A stretch of DNA of 64,000 bases. It comes from Felis catus (lineage: Eukaryota). Shown here in pieces: positions 1 to 12,554 of this stretch (position 1 is its first letter; every line of letters starts with the position of its first letter). The translations under genes were made by a program, and so were the position numbers. Under the pieces are notes generated by a model. That model did not search any database, was not told where the DNA came from, and saw only the letters and a program-made list of their open reading frames with translations. Location: positions 38,626,001-38,690,000 of the forward strand of contig NC_058383.1 of assembly GCF_018350175.1 (NCBI RefSeq), read 5' to 3'.

Positions 1-1425
1 GACCCCACCCCTCACAGCCGGCTCAGCTGAGGAATCTGGGCCCCCCTGTCTCCCAGACGCAGGGCACACACAGCCTGCGCTCAGCCTGACTCCGCCGCCT
101 GGGATCCAGAAATTGAGCTGCCCGGTCTCAGCAGCCCTCCCTGCAGCGGTAACCACCCGACAGGGACAGGAGTCCATCCTGTTCCCGGGCCTGGATGGCC
201 CACGTCCTTCCCCTTCCCGAACCTGGGTCCGGGCCCCCTTCTCTCCCCACCAGCCTGAAGCCTTCCACCTTTGACCCCGTCCCCTCCCACCAGCTGGCCA
301 CCCGCGTGGATCTCGGGATCCAGGCGCCCTCCCCAGCGCCCCTCTCACCGAAGTGGAGGCGGAGGGGGCACCTCGGGCGCTGGGGGCCCCCTCCCCCGGG
401 AAGGGAGACTCCACAGCCTACACCGGGCCGGGGAGCCGGGTGGAGACTGGGATTAGGGACAACAGGAAGTCCCTCCCATATCCCGTTCCCCACACAGCTG
501 CAGCCCTACAGGGTTCCCAGCTTCGAGCGTTCCGGGGCTGGGGTCCGGAGCTGGGCTGCACCTGCGCTAGGCAGGGACCTGAGTCCTAGATCTGCACTGC
601 CAGCTGACGATCGCTTTACCTGGTACGTTCTTGTGCTACCAGTAGAGCGGGATGCGGAGATGGGAAAACAAATCCTGTGGAAGGACCAGATATTTGACGT
701 TTCAAAGAAGGCACTGCGGCTGTCCTCACAGGAGTGAGGGCACTTTTCTGGTAGAGGGGCACGATGGTCCTTCACAACACACAGGGCCTCTGAAGGTCTT
801 AGGGTCTCTCACGGTCCTGGATTTCACGTAAGGCGCCCAGGCTGGTGAGCAGGTCAGGTCGTCTGGGCTCTCCCCAAGACTGGCACGGAGTTCTCTCTCC
901 CTCAGAGCAAACTTAGGAAATAGGCCCAGGAACTTTCCTCTCCACCACCCCCCACGCCATGCCCCACAGCTTGAAAAGATGTGGGACCAACCTGATTTTT
1001 CTAGATCTGCTCTCCCCCAGCTCCCTCTCAAGGCCAGGGAGAGCAGGGGTGAAAGGGTCTGACCCAGCCATATCGACAGGGGCCCGGACTGCACACCCCA
1101 CCACTTAGTCTCTGTTTTCCATTTGGACCTGAGAACTAAGGCTCCCAAAATGGAGGACAGAGACTGCGCTTCGCTTTCTAGGGTGAAGAACCCATCTCCT
1201 CTCTGAGCAGGGCACATGGGTCAGAGGAAAGGAGTGGGGCCAGCTCTGGGGTCAGATTCCAGGAAACATTTCCATGCCCGTGGCCTGCGGCCATCAGAGT
1301 CCTCTGAGACGCGTCCTTTCGTCCAGGACCAGGCACAACTGGCCCCTGTACCAGCCTATAGGTGTGCTGTGGGCTCACAGGGGTTTAATTTCCTTAAAAC
1401 TTTGTTTCTAACATTTAAAAATGAT

Positions 1426-1650
1426 GGGTTGCCTGGGTGGCGCAGTCGGTTAAGCGTCCGACTTCAGCCAGGTCACGATCTCGCGGTCCGTGATGTTCGA
1501 GCCCCGCGTCGGGCTCTGGGCTGATGGCTCGGAGCCTGGAGCCTGTTTCCGATTCTGTGTCTCCTTCTCTCTCTCCCCCTCCCCCGTTCATGCTCTGTCT
1601 CTCTCTGTCCCAAAAATAAATAAACGTTGAAAAAAAATTTTTTTTAAAAA
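1426..1650 (+). mobile_element. Can-SINE (young SINEC_Fc-like)
   Basis: tRNA-derived head GGGTTGCCTGGGTGGCGCAGTCGGTTAAG, (CT)n tract, AATAAA/A-rich tail; TAAAAATGA on both flanks. Confidence 0.93.
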
Positions 1651-1687
1651 TAAAAATGAGTAGAGTTCTCATAAAACCGATTTTCTT

Positions 1688-1907
1688 TTTTAAAATTTTT
1701 TTTTTCAACGTTTATTTATTTTTGGACAGAGAGAGACAGAGCATGAACGGGGGAGGGGGAGAGAGAGAGGGAGACACAGAATCGGAAACAGGCTCCAGGC
1801 TCCGAGCCATCAGCCCAGAGCCCGACGCGGGGCTCGAACTCCCGGACCGCGAGATCGTGACCTGGCTGAAGTCGGACGCCTAACCGACTGCGCCACCCAG
1901 GCGCCCC
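1688..1907 (-). mobile_element. Can-SINE (young SINEC_Fc-like), inverted relative to the 1426-1650 copy
   Basis: Reverse-complement SINE; perfect 15-bp TSD AAAACCGATTTTCTT at 1673-1687 and 1908-1922. Confidence 0.95.
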
Positions 1908-2211
1908 AAAACCGATTTTCTTGAAAACAAGCAGATCATTGGGCAACCCTGGACTCGTACTCCCCACCTTCAGGGCCTGCTCTCATGTGGCTGCATTTCA
2001 TCTACACTTGCCTCCGCAGCATTTTGCATTTGCAACCCTGCTTTTGGAGTTAAGTGTGTTTTAGGACTCTGATCTATTCTACTGTCACTCTGATGAACAA
2101 AAAATGTTACCCCTGGGGTTTGTCTCTGGTCATTATTTCCAGGCATCTTAATCTTCAAGGTAAAGAGGGATGTGCGCAGTTGTAGCAAAAGTCAGGAGGA
2201 TTTTCAAGCCA

Positions 2212-2421
2212 GGGGCCCCTGGGTGCCCCAGTCGGCTAAGCGTCTAACTTCGGCTCAGGTCATGATCTCGCAGTTTAGTTTGTGAGATAGAGCCCCGCCC
2301 TGGGCTATCTGCTGTCAGAGCGGAGCCTGCTTGGGATTCGCTCTCCCTCTCTTTCTGACCCTCCCCTTCCCGCACAAACATGCATTCTCTCTCTCTCAAA
2401 AATAAATAAACTTAAAAAAAA
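2212..2421 (+). mobile_element. Can-SINE
   Basis: GGGGCCCCTGGGTG...GCTCAGGTCATGATCTC head, CT tract, AATAAA/A tail. Confidence 0.88.
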
Positions 2422-3799
2422 TTACTATTTTCAAGCCAGCGAGCTATAAACTGGAAAGTGACAGGGGGCTGTGGAAAAGATGAACTATTCATTCTGTGAG
2501 TGTTTCTCCATCAACAAGGAGCATGACAAGCATCCGGAGTAAGGGAATTCACTCCTGAGGCCATGTCAGTGGCAGTTCCAAGAGTGCACTGAGTCCCAAA
2601 AATGTGGATACGTCTTGACTCTTGGGCAAATGTTTCTCTACCAGACAAAAGGGGCCACTTCAAGGACTCTGGGGAAGCCGAGCGGTTTGGATCCTACCAC
2701 GGGATCGCCTAAACTGGACCAAATGAAGTCTCAACATTTATTTAACGGTTCGGAAAATATTTATTGAGCACCTACTATATGACAGACATTAGCCCCTTCT
2801 TGGACGGGAGAGGTAACGCTTCCACAGTCTAGGCTCTAGGACTGAGCAGGTCTAGGGGGAAGCAAATGTCATATTTGCTGTGTGGGAATTGAAGTCCCTA
2901 AAAGACTTCAGAAAAGCACCACGGAAAGGTGGGTCAATAAGCAAAGCAGAGATCAAAACTCTAAATGCCTCCAGCAAGCAGGCAGGACAGCATATGACGA
3001 GTGGCTTGGATGGAAGATGGCAGTCAGAGCCTCAAGAAATCATATTGTATTCAAAGGGGGCAGCTGGGGGCTCAGCATTGCCAAAGCTTAAAGGCTTTTT
3101 AAGAGAAGCCGAAAAAGAATTAGATTTCTATGTGAAATGTCCCAACTTTTAAATGTTCATGACTAAAATAAAAAATTTAAGAACTCTGTACAACCCCAGC
3201 AGAAAACACCTGCTGTCCAGCCCACAGGGCACCAGTCTAGAGATGTACTCACCTCAGAAGCCTGTCACAAGGATAACGACCATGGATGGAAGTGCTTATC
3301 TGAGCTTCAGACAGGGAGAACACTCAAGGAAGGCCAACTCCAATGACTGGCGGCTTCACTGAGCTTATGAAGAGGTCACCTTCAGCAAATAAATCATGAT
3401 CGACCTTCAGAGATTGGCCTGAGAACTGACTCAGGTCTTACAAAAGCACTCAGAATAATAAAAACTAGAAAAAGAAATCATCTGAAGTAAGAAGAAAAAC
3501 GTTTCCTTAAAGGGAAAAAACAACAACAAAAAAAAGCTTGTACTAATTAAGGCTGATAAGCCAGGCTGGAGATGGGGTAATGGCGAGATCAAGCCTTAGG
3601 AAGGAGAGAAGATGGGGGGGGGGGGGGGGGGGGCGGGGGGGGGGATAAAGGAACGTGAGAAAGGCCAAGAAAAACAGGAATCATCGAGTAAACAACACAG
3701 CAAATGTTAACCATTGAATAAGAAGAAAAGGAAAGCAGATAGGTGGGGCCCCAGGAGTAAAAATATTTTAAAGAAGAAAATAACGAAGACCCCCAGGGC

Positions 3800-4400
3800 C
3801 ACTAAGAGCAGGGCGTGGGCGCTCACGCGGCCAGCGGCCCTCTCACCCCCGGAGGGGCGGCGTCACGCCCGTGACCCCGTTCCTGGACGCGAGGCGGCCT
3901 CACAGGCACTCGTCCCAACCTGCTGGAGGCCCAGGAGCCCCGCAGTCTGCGGAACACTGACGCCGGGAGCCCGTCGCCGAGGCAACGACGCCGCCCCGCC
4001 CACACGCCCACGGGACACACCTTTGATTGGCTGGTTCCCGGTGGCTCCGCCCATCATACTCCCCAGGGCTCCGCCCCGTCGCCTTACCTGCGCGCTCCCG
4101 TCCGCGCCCCCGAGGGACTGGCCTGCCGATGGGGGGAGGGTCACCCTGGTGCCGCCTGCCCCTGGCCGGTGTGCCCGCATTTCCCGTCCGGCTGCCCCAT
4201 CCCAACTTCCGGTTTCCCGGCTCTCTGGCGGCGCCCGCCTCTGGGCACCGTGCGTGGGGACAGCCGGCGCGGTGAGGACCGCAGGGTGGACACACACTGC
4301 GGGGCGGGACACATACGGCGTCCCCTGTGGGGAAACTGAGGCTGTCTGCGCGCAGGCCCTTGCTGCTGACCCGCTCCCTGTGTGTGACACATAGCTCATT
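3800..4400. promoter_or_regulatory. CpG-island promoter, probably of a minus-strand gene left of the window (ZNF205 by synteny) or a lncRNA
   Basis: CpG-dense; GC boxes; ATTGG (CCAAT) near 4026; ETS site ACTTCCGGT near 4205; minus-strand donor CAG|GTAAGG at 4088/4087. The gene assignment is inferred from synteny only. Confidence 0.6.
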
Positions 4401-4880
4401 AAATATAAAAACACAAAGAAAACATGCAGCGCATTAGCACCAAACAACCATTCACCAAAGCAGGGGAAGCAGATTTCATTCGGTAACTGCTGACAGCAGG
4501 GAAAGAGCTGAGCTCCCTCCGATTTGTGCAGAGGTGACCGGGGTTTCCAAGGGAGACCGAGGGAGGGGGAGAACAGGGCTCACTAGAGTCAGAGAAGTGA
4601 ACAATCACAAAGAGCAGGCCAGCGTGGGTGCGACTAGGCCAGGCGTGTCCGCTGGCAGGTATGGAAGTCAGGAGTCTGGTATTTACAGCCCTTCGTCCTA
4701 TGGCAGTCTCCCCCCCCCCTCACTTCCCAGCCCTCAGACTCCCTCCTCTGCGTGCCACGTGGTCCCTGCTCAGAATCTTTTACATTCTTTTTACTTCACT
4801 TTGTACGAATAAAATGTAGAGCTTCCATTTGTTTTTACTTTATCTCATCCTTTTAAAAATTCCATTTTTGTGAATGCTTT

Positions 4881-6501
4881 GTTTTATTTATTTAAATTTC
4901 AAATCCAACTTAGTGAACATAGAGTGTAATAACGATTTCAGGAACAGACTTTAGTGATTCATCACTTACATGTAACACCCAGTGCTCATCCCAACACGTG
5001 TCCTCCTTAATGCCCCTCACCCATCCAGCCCATCCCCCCACCCAACACCCCGCCAGCAACCCTCAGTTTGCTCTCTGTATTTAAGAGCCTCTTATGCTTT
5101 ACGTCCCTCTGTTTTTATCTTATTTTTGCTTCCTTCCCTTATGTTCTTCTGTTTTGTATCTTAAATTCCACCTATGAGTGAAATCACGTATTTGTCTTTC
5201 TCTGACTCATTTCGCTTAGCATAATACACTCTAGCTCCATCCATATTGTTGCAAATGGCAAGATTTCATTCTTTTTGACTGCCGAGTAATATTCCTTTGG
5301 ATGTATACACCACATCTTCTTTATCCATTTGTCAGTCCATGGACATTTGAGCTCTTTCCATACTTTGGCTATTGTCGATAGTGCTGGTGTAAACATTGGG
5401 GTCCATGTACCCCTTCGAATAAGCACTCCTGTATCCTTTGGATAAATACCTAGTAGTACAATTGCTGGGTCACAGGGTAGTTCTATTTTTCATTTTTTGA
5501 GGAGCCTCCATACTGTTTTTCAGAGTGGCTGCACCAGTTTGCGTTCCCACCAGCAGTGCAAAACGGGTCCTCTTTCTCCACATCCTTGCCAACGTCTGTT
5601 GTTGCCTAAGTTATTCATTTTAGCCATCTGACAGGTGTGACGTCGAATCTCATTATGGTTTTGATTTGTATTTCCCAGATGATGAGCGATGTTGAGCATT
5701 TTTTCGTGTCTCTTGGCCATCTGGATGTCTTCTTTGCAAAAGTGTCTATTCATGTCTTTTGCCCATTTCTTCACTGGGTTATTTGTTTTTTTTGGGTATT
5801 GAGTTGGATAATTTCTTTACAGATTTTGGATACTAACCCTTTATCTGATATGTTGTTTGCAAATCTCGTCTCCCATTCTGTCGGTTGCCTTTGAGTTTTG
5901 CTGATTGTTTCCTTCACTGTGCAGAAGCTTTTTTATCTTGATGAGGTCCCAATGGTTCACTTTTGCTTTTGTTTCCCTTGCCTCCAGAGACGTGTTGAGT
6001 AAGAAGTTGCTACAGCCGAGGTCAAAGAGATTGTTGCCTGTTTTCTCCTCTAAGATGTTGATGGCTTCCTGTCTTATGTTTAGGTCTTTCATCCATTTTG
6101 AGTTTATTTTTGTGTATGGTGTAAGGAAGTGGTCCAGGTTCATTCTTCTGCATGTTGCTGTCCAGTTATCCCAACACCATTTGCTGAAGAGACTTTCTTT
6201 ATTCCATTGGATATTCTGTCTGCTCTGTCAAAGATTAGTTGTCTATACATTTGTGGGTCCATTTCTGGGTTCTCTATTCTGTTCCATTGATCTGTGTGTC
6301 TGTGTTTGTGCCACTACCGTACTGTCTTGATGATTACAGTTTTGCCATACAGTTTGAAGTCCGGAATTGTGATGCCTCCAGCTTTGGTTTTCCTTTTCAG
6401 GATTGCTTTGGCTATTTGGGGTCTTTTCTGATTCCATAAAATTTTAGGATTATTTGTTCTAGATCTGTGAAGCATGCTGGTGTTATTTTGATAGGGATTG
6501 C
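4881..6501 (-). mobile_element. 5'-truncated carnivore LINE-1 (ORF2 3' part and 3' UTR)
   Basis: ORF2 fragments (LDHFLTPYTKINSKWMKDLN, WIKKMWCIH...EILPFATIWMELECIMLSE); 13-bp TSD TTGTGAATGCTTT at 4868-4880 and 6502-6514. Confidence 0.95.
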
Positions 6502-6892
6502 TTGTGAATGCTTTATAATGTAGGGGGGAAAATCAGCTAATGATAAGAATCAGGGCCCTTGGAAAAATGGCTGGTCCTAGCACCAGAGCAAGAAATACAC
6601 AAGATGAATCTATAGATGGTGGGAGGGGAAACCGGACAGGCTCTCTAGAAGTGGCAGAATATTCTAAAGCTGAAATCTACATATGCTGTGACAGAGCGAT
6701 TCACTCCTGGGTAGAACCCAGCAGTAACTCACATTTATGGTCACCAGAGACATGTAACTCCAAACCAAAACCCACCAACTGTCTAGCCACAGTAGGATGA
6801 ACAAATAATGCACCAGGAAATACCGTTCAGGGAAAAAGCAAAAACATGGATTGAGTCTCCCACTGTGGAGTAAGGCCAGATGAATAATTCCT

Positions 6893-8052
6893 TGGGGCAC
6901 CTGGCTGGCTCAGTTGGTAGAGAAAATGTTGTAGGGTCAATGCGACTCTTGATCTGAAGGTTGTGAGTTCGAGCCACGTGTTGGGTGTAGAAATTGCTGA
7001 GAAATAAAATCTTAAAAGAAAAAACTTCTTATTGTGTGACTTCATTTACATGAACTTCAAAACCAGACCAGACAAACCTGCTGTGGTGGGAAGTCAAGAT
7101 GATGATTATGGGGGAGGGAAGTGGCCAGGAGGGCTGCAATGCGAGGGCTGTTTTCACCTGATGCAAACTCATGACACTCTACATTTTTGGTTTGGGTACA
7201 TTTCTGTATGTTACACCTAAAATTTTTCTTTAAAATAAAAAAAACAAAAACAAAAAACGGGAAAATGGGTGCCTGGCTGGCTTAGTCAGTGAAACATGCA
7301 GCTCTTGATCTTGAGGTTGTGAGTTCAAGCCCCAGCATGGGTGTGGAGATTACTTAAAAACAAAATTATAAATAGGGGCACATGGGTGGCTCAGTTGGCT
7401 GAATATCCAACTTCGGCTCAGGTCGTGATCTCATGGTTCATGAGTTCAAGCCCCACATTGGGCTCATTCCTGTCAGCGCACAGCCTGCTTCAGAGCCTCT
7501 GTCCTCCTCCCTTTCTGCCCCTCCCTGACTCAATATAAATAAGCATTAAAAAATTAAAAAATAAAATCAGGGCACCTGGGTGCCCTGAGCCACCTAGGTG
7601 GCTCAGTCGGTTGAGCATCTATCTCTTGATTTCCACTCAGGTCATGATCTCGCAGTTCCTGGGTTCGAGACCACACTGGGCTCTGTGCTGACAGTGCAAA
7701 GCCTTCTTGGGATGCTCTCTCTCCCTCTCTCTCTGCCCCTCCCCTGCTCGAGTCAGCTATCAAAATAAATAAATGAACCTAAAAAAAAATGTAAATGAGG
7801 GGCGCCTGGGTGGCTCAGTCAGTGAAGCATCCGACTTCAGCTCAGGTCATGATCTCCCTGCCGCCCCCCCCACCCCCGACCCTGCTCCTGACCCAGTTTG
7901 TGAGTTTGAGCCCCGTGTCAGGCTCTGTGCTGACAGTTCAGAGCCTGGAGCCTGCTTTGGATCCTGTGTCTCCCTCCCTCTCTCTGCCCCTTCCTCCACT
8001 CATGCTCTGTCTGTCTCTGTAAAAAATAAATATATGTTAAACAAAAAAAAAG
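6893..8052 (+). mobile_element. Cluster of about five same-strand Can-SINEs
   Basis: Repeated GG(G)CACCTGG(G/C)TGGCTCAGT heads at ~6893, 7267, 7375, 7570 and 7799, each followed by an A-rich tail. Confidence 0.85.
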
Positions 8053-8532
8053 TAAATGAAGCGAAACCAGTTAGGCCATTGCTATGGTCCAGGCAAGTGA
8101 CAATGGAGGCTTGGACTCAGATGACAGCAGCAGAAGTCAAGAAACGGGCAGATTTGGAAAACGTACGGAACTCGGCGACTGATGAGATGTAGGATGAGGT
8201 AACTCAAGGGGATCCGGGATAAATCCCAATTCCTGGCTTGCGTGACTGAATGGACTGTACTACATTTACCGAAACAGAGAATAACAGAAACAGAGATCTG
8301 ATGTGAAAGACTCATCGGATCCACATTTAGTGAGGACACAGCGGAGCATGACAACAAAGCCACTGTCGTGGAGCTTGCGTTTCAGTGGCCGTGTGAGTTT
8401 GGCTTTGAAAATGAAGACTTTGGGGGCATTTATGAGACACCCAAAGAGTTGAGAAATAAAATATAAATACAAGGATATTGGCATTGAGAATGGTTATTGA
8501 GGCCACAGTGGCTACGAAACCAAAAAGGGGGG

Positions 8533-8950
8533 TATATTAGTTATTTATTGCTGTGTAACAAATGATCCCCAAACATGGCATCTCAAAATAAATACTTATC
8601 ATCCCATGGTTTCCGTACCCTACAGGGCTTAACTGGGTGCCTCTAGCTACAGGTCAATAGCTATGGTCAACTTGTCTGCTTGACTGTGGGGAGAGGGTCC
8701 AAGGTGACTGGCCTTGGTCCCTCACCACAAGGGCCTCTCCTCAGACATGGCTCCCCCAGGGTAAGCAAGCAAGAGATTGAGAGAGCGCGCATCTGAGGGC
8801 CCCCAAGACGAAGCCACAGTCTGTTTACAACAGAATCTCAGAAGTGACACCCCTCCCTCCTGCTGGATTCGGTGTCTTAGAAGTGAATCACTAAATCCAG
8901 CCCCCCTCCCCCCACCCCCACACAGGCAGTGGATTACACAGGGGTGGGTC
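8533..8950 (-). mobile_element. MaLR (MLT1-like) LTR fragment
   Basis: TATATTAGTTATTTATTGCTGTGTAACAAAT...CCCCAAA start typical of a reverse-strand MLT1; subfamily not resolvable by eye. Confidence 0.6.
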
Positions 8951-9338
8951 AGAGCAGACCCAAGGTCACCGGAGGCCCCCAGGCCGGAGCCGTGCAGAGT
9001 GCCAATATTTAACGCTCGGGCAAAGAAAGCGAAGCTGGTGAAGAAGGCTGAGAGGAGACAACGGGAGAAACAGGGAAAACAGAAGATAGAAGATAGGTAA
9101 AAAGGAAGGAAGACAGAAGATCAAATCCACTGAGCGGTCAACTGGGAACCAGTGACCCGCTGAGACACGCTGTGTGGCTGACAGTCCCGTGAGGGGACAG
9201 ACAAGAGCCAAGCAGACAGAAAAGCAGCAAGTGAATCACAGTCTGTGGCAGGTGCTGGGACGGGAACAGAGCGCGCTGGGAGGGGACACTTTAACAAGGG
9301 TGGTTTCCACGAGGAGACGGCTATTGAAGATTGAAGAG

Positions 9339-9821
9339 GAGGTCTTTGCTGAGGGTCACACTGAGCTGCGAGGTGCTTCGGGGGTGTCTTTAGGACTCAG
9401 CACCACGGCAGAAGACATCAAGACCAAAGTCAAGAACGACCAGACCGCCCCTTTTGACAGCCGCTTCCCCAGCCAGAGCCAGACCCGGAACTCCTGGCAA
9501 AACTACCTAGACTTCCACCGCTGTGAGAAGGCGATGACTGCTAAAGGGGGTGAGGTCTCCGTGTGCGAATGGTACCGGCGTGTGTACAAGTCCCTCTGCC
9601 CCATGTCCTGGGTGGCAGCCTGGGACGACCGCCGGGCGGAAGGCACGTTTCCCGGGAAGATCTGAACTGGCTCCCCGCAGCTCTCGTCTGTATTCCATCC
9701 TTCTCCTAGGGCAGTGAAGGGGGGACCTGGGTACCTGGTGATCCCCACCCTGGGATCCTGAAGCATGGCTTAACTAATCATAAATACTCATTGGAAAAGT
9801 TAAAAAAAAGAAAGAAAGAAA
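9339..9821 (+). pseudogene. COX6B1: COX6B1 processed pseudogene (retrocopy)
   Basis: Intronless 86-codon frame 9405-9665 ([22 protein letters not shown]...[11 protein letters not shown]...EGTFPGKI*); start codon is ACG, not ATG; parental 5' and 3' UTR present; A-rich tail; 12-bp TSD AAGATTGAAGAG at 9327-9338 and 9822-9833. Confidence 0.95.
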
Positions 9822-10095
9822 AAGATTGAAGAGAAGCGGACAAAGGACGAGGGTGAGAGCCTCCTTTCCAGGCCAGCATGGCGAGGTGGGATCGAGCTGG
9901 TGTGTCCAGAAACAGAAAGGCAAAGAAAAAGAGGGCAGAGGATGTGACCATGGTAAGAAGAGGTTTTAACAGTCATCTTTCCCAGAGCTGGAGAAGGATT
10001 TTCCCCTTTGCCCTCAATTATTCTAACTGGAGGAATCCTACAGAAATAGAAAATACAGGAAAACGTGTCTTTCTTCTGCAAGCTCTCTCTCTCTC

Positions 10096-10303
10096 TTTTT
10101 AATGGTTATTTATTTAGTTTTGAGAGAGAGCAAGCGAGTGGGGGAAGGGCAGAGAGAGAGCGGGAAATAGGATCCCAAGCAGGTTCTGTGCGGTCAGCGC
10201 AGAGCCCGACATGGGGCTCGAACCCACAAACCGTGAGATCATGACCTGAGTGAGCCAAACGCCAGAAGCAGATGCTCAACCGACTGAGACACCCAGGCGC
10301 CCC
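10096..10303 (-). mobile_element. Can-SINE
   Basis: Reverse-complement SINE ending CACCCAGGCGCCCC. Confidence 0.88.
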
Positions 10304-10491
10304 TGAAATCTCTTAAAAGATGAGAGAGGAAGGTTCCATCAGTCAGGCGCTCTTACTGGCCTGGCTGATACTAGACCTGAAGTCTTTTTCACATTTAATA
10401 AGAAAAGTTGTACACCTGAAACTGATTATAACACTGTGTGTTAACTATGTTGGAATTAAAATTTAAAAACGTAGTTAAAAAATAATTATTA

Positions 10492-10700
10492 GCGGCATCT
10501 GGGTGGCTCAGTCGGCTGAGCCTCTGACTTCAGCTCAGGTCATGATCTCCCCATTCGTGAGTTTGAGCCCCGCATCAGGCTTGCTGCTGTCAGCTTGTCA
10601 GTGAAGAGCCTTCCTGGGATCCTCTGACACCCCCCCCCCCGCCCCGTCCCTGCCCCTCTCCAACTTGTGCTCTCCCCTCTCCAAAAAATAAATATTTTTT
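10492..10700 (+). mobile_element. Can-SINE
   Basis: TGGGTGGCTCAGTCGG...GCTCAGGTCATGATCTC head and AATAAA tail. Confidence 0.85.
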
Positions 10701-11140
10701 TAAAAATGTAATTTGGCGTGAACTTTAAAAAATTCTAAGGTAACAACTAGAATAGTTTATGTGTGCATTTTCAAGATAATTTTAGGAGATATTGAAATAT
10801 ACCCCAAATAGGTAGATTTTCATTAAAAATCTCTCTTTTGGAGGTTTATCACTAAGTGGAAATAAATAACAACTCAGCAATTTCACAAGAATTTTCGTCT
10901 ATTACTGAGTAATGCTGGGAGAGGGGAGTGTAAGGGACTTCAACGTTCAATAAGCCCTTTTTTTTTCCTGCAAAGTAACTTTAGTTCATGAGAGGAGTCC
11001 AAGGAATCCCAGCTTTGGTGACCCGGCGTTGCCCAGACTGTAAGCCTCATGGGGGCAGCACTTGTCTGTTTAACTCGGCACTGGGTCCCTGGGGTCAGGG
11101 ACAGTACCAGACACAGGAGGGAAGCAAACATTTCCCGCAG

Positions 11141-11182
11141 GAATGAATGAATGAATGAATGAATGAATGAATGAATGAATGA
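11141..11182. repeat. (GAAT)n tetranucleotide microsatellite
   Basis: About 10 perfect GAAT units. Confidence 0.95.
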
Positions 11183-11539
11183 AATGGTGCACAACCGCGA
11201 TGGGCCAGCAACAAACAGGATTGTTAGCCAAGCCCATGCTCGGCCACAGGTTTAGAAATGGAGCTGGTCTCCACCTCTCTGACATATTTCCAGGAGAGGT
11301 AGCGTGTCTGAGTCGGAGGCCTGAAAGTCAGTGCTAACAGCGAAACCCGAGCCTTCCGGCTGAGCCAGTTCCCCAGGCCCTCCCTGCGCGCCCCGATCCT
11401 TACCTGTGGAGGCCACGTTCTAGCAGTTCTTCCCAATCATATCCATACAGGCCCGGTTGTCCCCACACCCAGGGCTCAGACATGGCCACGTCCTCGAAAG
11501 CCACAGCCACGGGGAAGCAGGTCAGTCTTGGGGGAAGGG

Positions 11540-11886
11540 ACAAGTCAGGGACGGCCGGGAGGGGTCCAGATCTGGGTGTGGGAGGCGCCTCCGCCCGGGG
11601 GTTGGCTTTTGTGGCCCCTGCCCAGGAGGTGGAGTTTCTAGGCTCCTCCCTGGGGTGGGGTTTCCCGACCTCTCCCAGGAGGTGGGCGGTGGTGGAGCTC
11701 TCGGCCCCGCCTAGGAGGTGGAGTTTCTAGGCTCCTCCCTGGGGCGGGGTTTACCGACCTCGCTCAGGCGGTGGGCTGCGGTGGGGCTACCGGGGCTGGG
11801 CGCCTGCACACTCTGCGTGCTGTGGGTCTCGCGGGCCGCCTCCTAAGCCATTTCGTCTGTTTGGACACGTGCCAGCTCTGGGCCAG
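11540..11886 (+). promoter_or_regulatory. Candidate ZSCAN10 promoter and non-coding exon 1
   Basis: CpG/GC-box-rich patch ending in donor CAG|GTGTGG at 11886/11887, about 5 kb upstream of the ZSCAN10 acceptor at 17032; inferred, no transcript data. Confidence 0.4.
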
Positions 11887-12554
11887 GTGTGGAGGACGCG
11901 GAGCAGATAAGGGAAACACCACTTGTCGAGAGGGAGCTTGTAGTCCAGTGAGGCCCACACTAGACCGTGAAAATAAAGGAACAAGATTAATCCCAGGTGC
12001 TAAGTGCAGGAAGACAACCACCTGGCTGAGGAGCCAGAGAGAGCTCAGGTGTCCCCGGGTCCCCAAAACAGGGCACCGCGAGAGTGCCCGCGGGCTCTGA
12101 ACCGCAGGTTCCTACGAGGAAAACGCCCTCCGGGCTGCGGCCGCCCAAGAGCACGACCCAAAAAGACACCTTAGAGCAAATGCAGTCTTGACTTTGGAGG
12201 TCGAGTTGGGCTCAAGGCCAGTGGTGAGGTCACTTCCCTTCCCGGAAGCCCCTGCTTCGTGTTTGGGAAACCTGGGATAAAAGCCACCCGGCAGGATTCT
12301 TGGGAAGATCTTTGTTGGTGTTGATGGCGCCCTTTCTTCCCCCATCACGTGATCCTGTTGTGTTATTCTTAGCCCGGGACTGCTCGGCACACGGGCGTGT
12401 AAGCCCTCTGAAGTCAGGGCCGGTTCCTCCTGCTTACCCCAGCCCCTGCAACTGTGCCTGGCACAAAACTGGCCCTTGGCAAAGATTTGTGGCGTGAATG
12501 AAATGCCCAGCAAAGAGCCCCACGACACAATAGGCATTTTAAAATGGCAGCTCT

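Noticed and set aside
1415-1967. Recurrent ORFs such as ERQSMNGGGGEREGDTESETGSRL
   Set aside because: Translations of Can-SINE sequence
3614-3644. 31-nt poly-G run as a functional G-quadruplex
   Set aside because: Homopolymer length is unreliable in assemblies and there is no supporting context
1-3800. ZNF205 coding exons expected from synteny
   Set aside because: No translation resembling ZNF205, KRAB or zinc fingers found; the coding part is presumably left of the window
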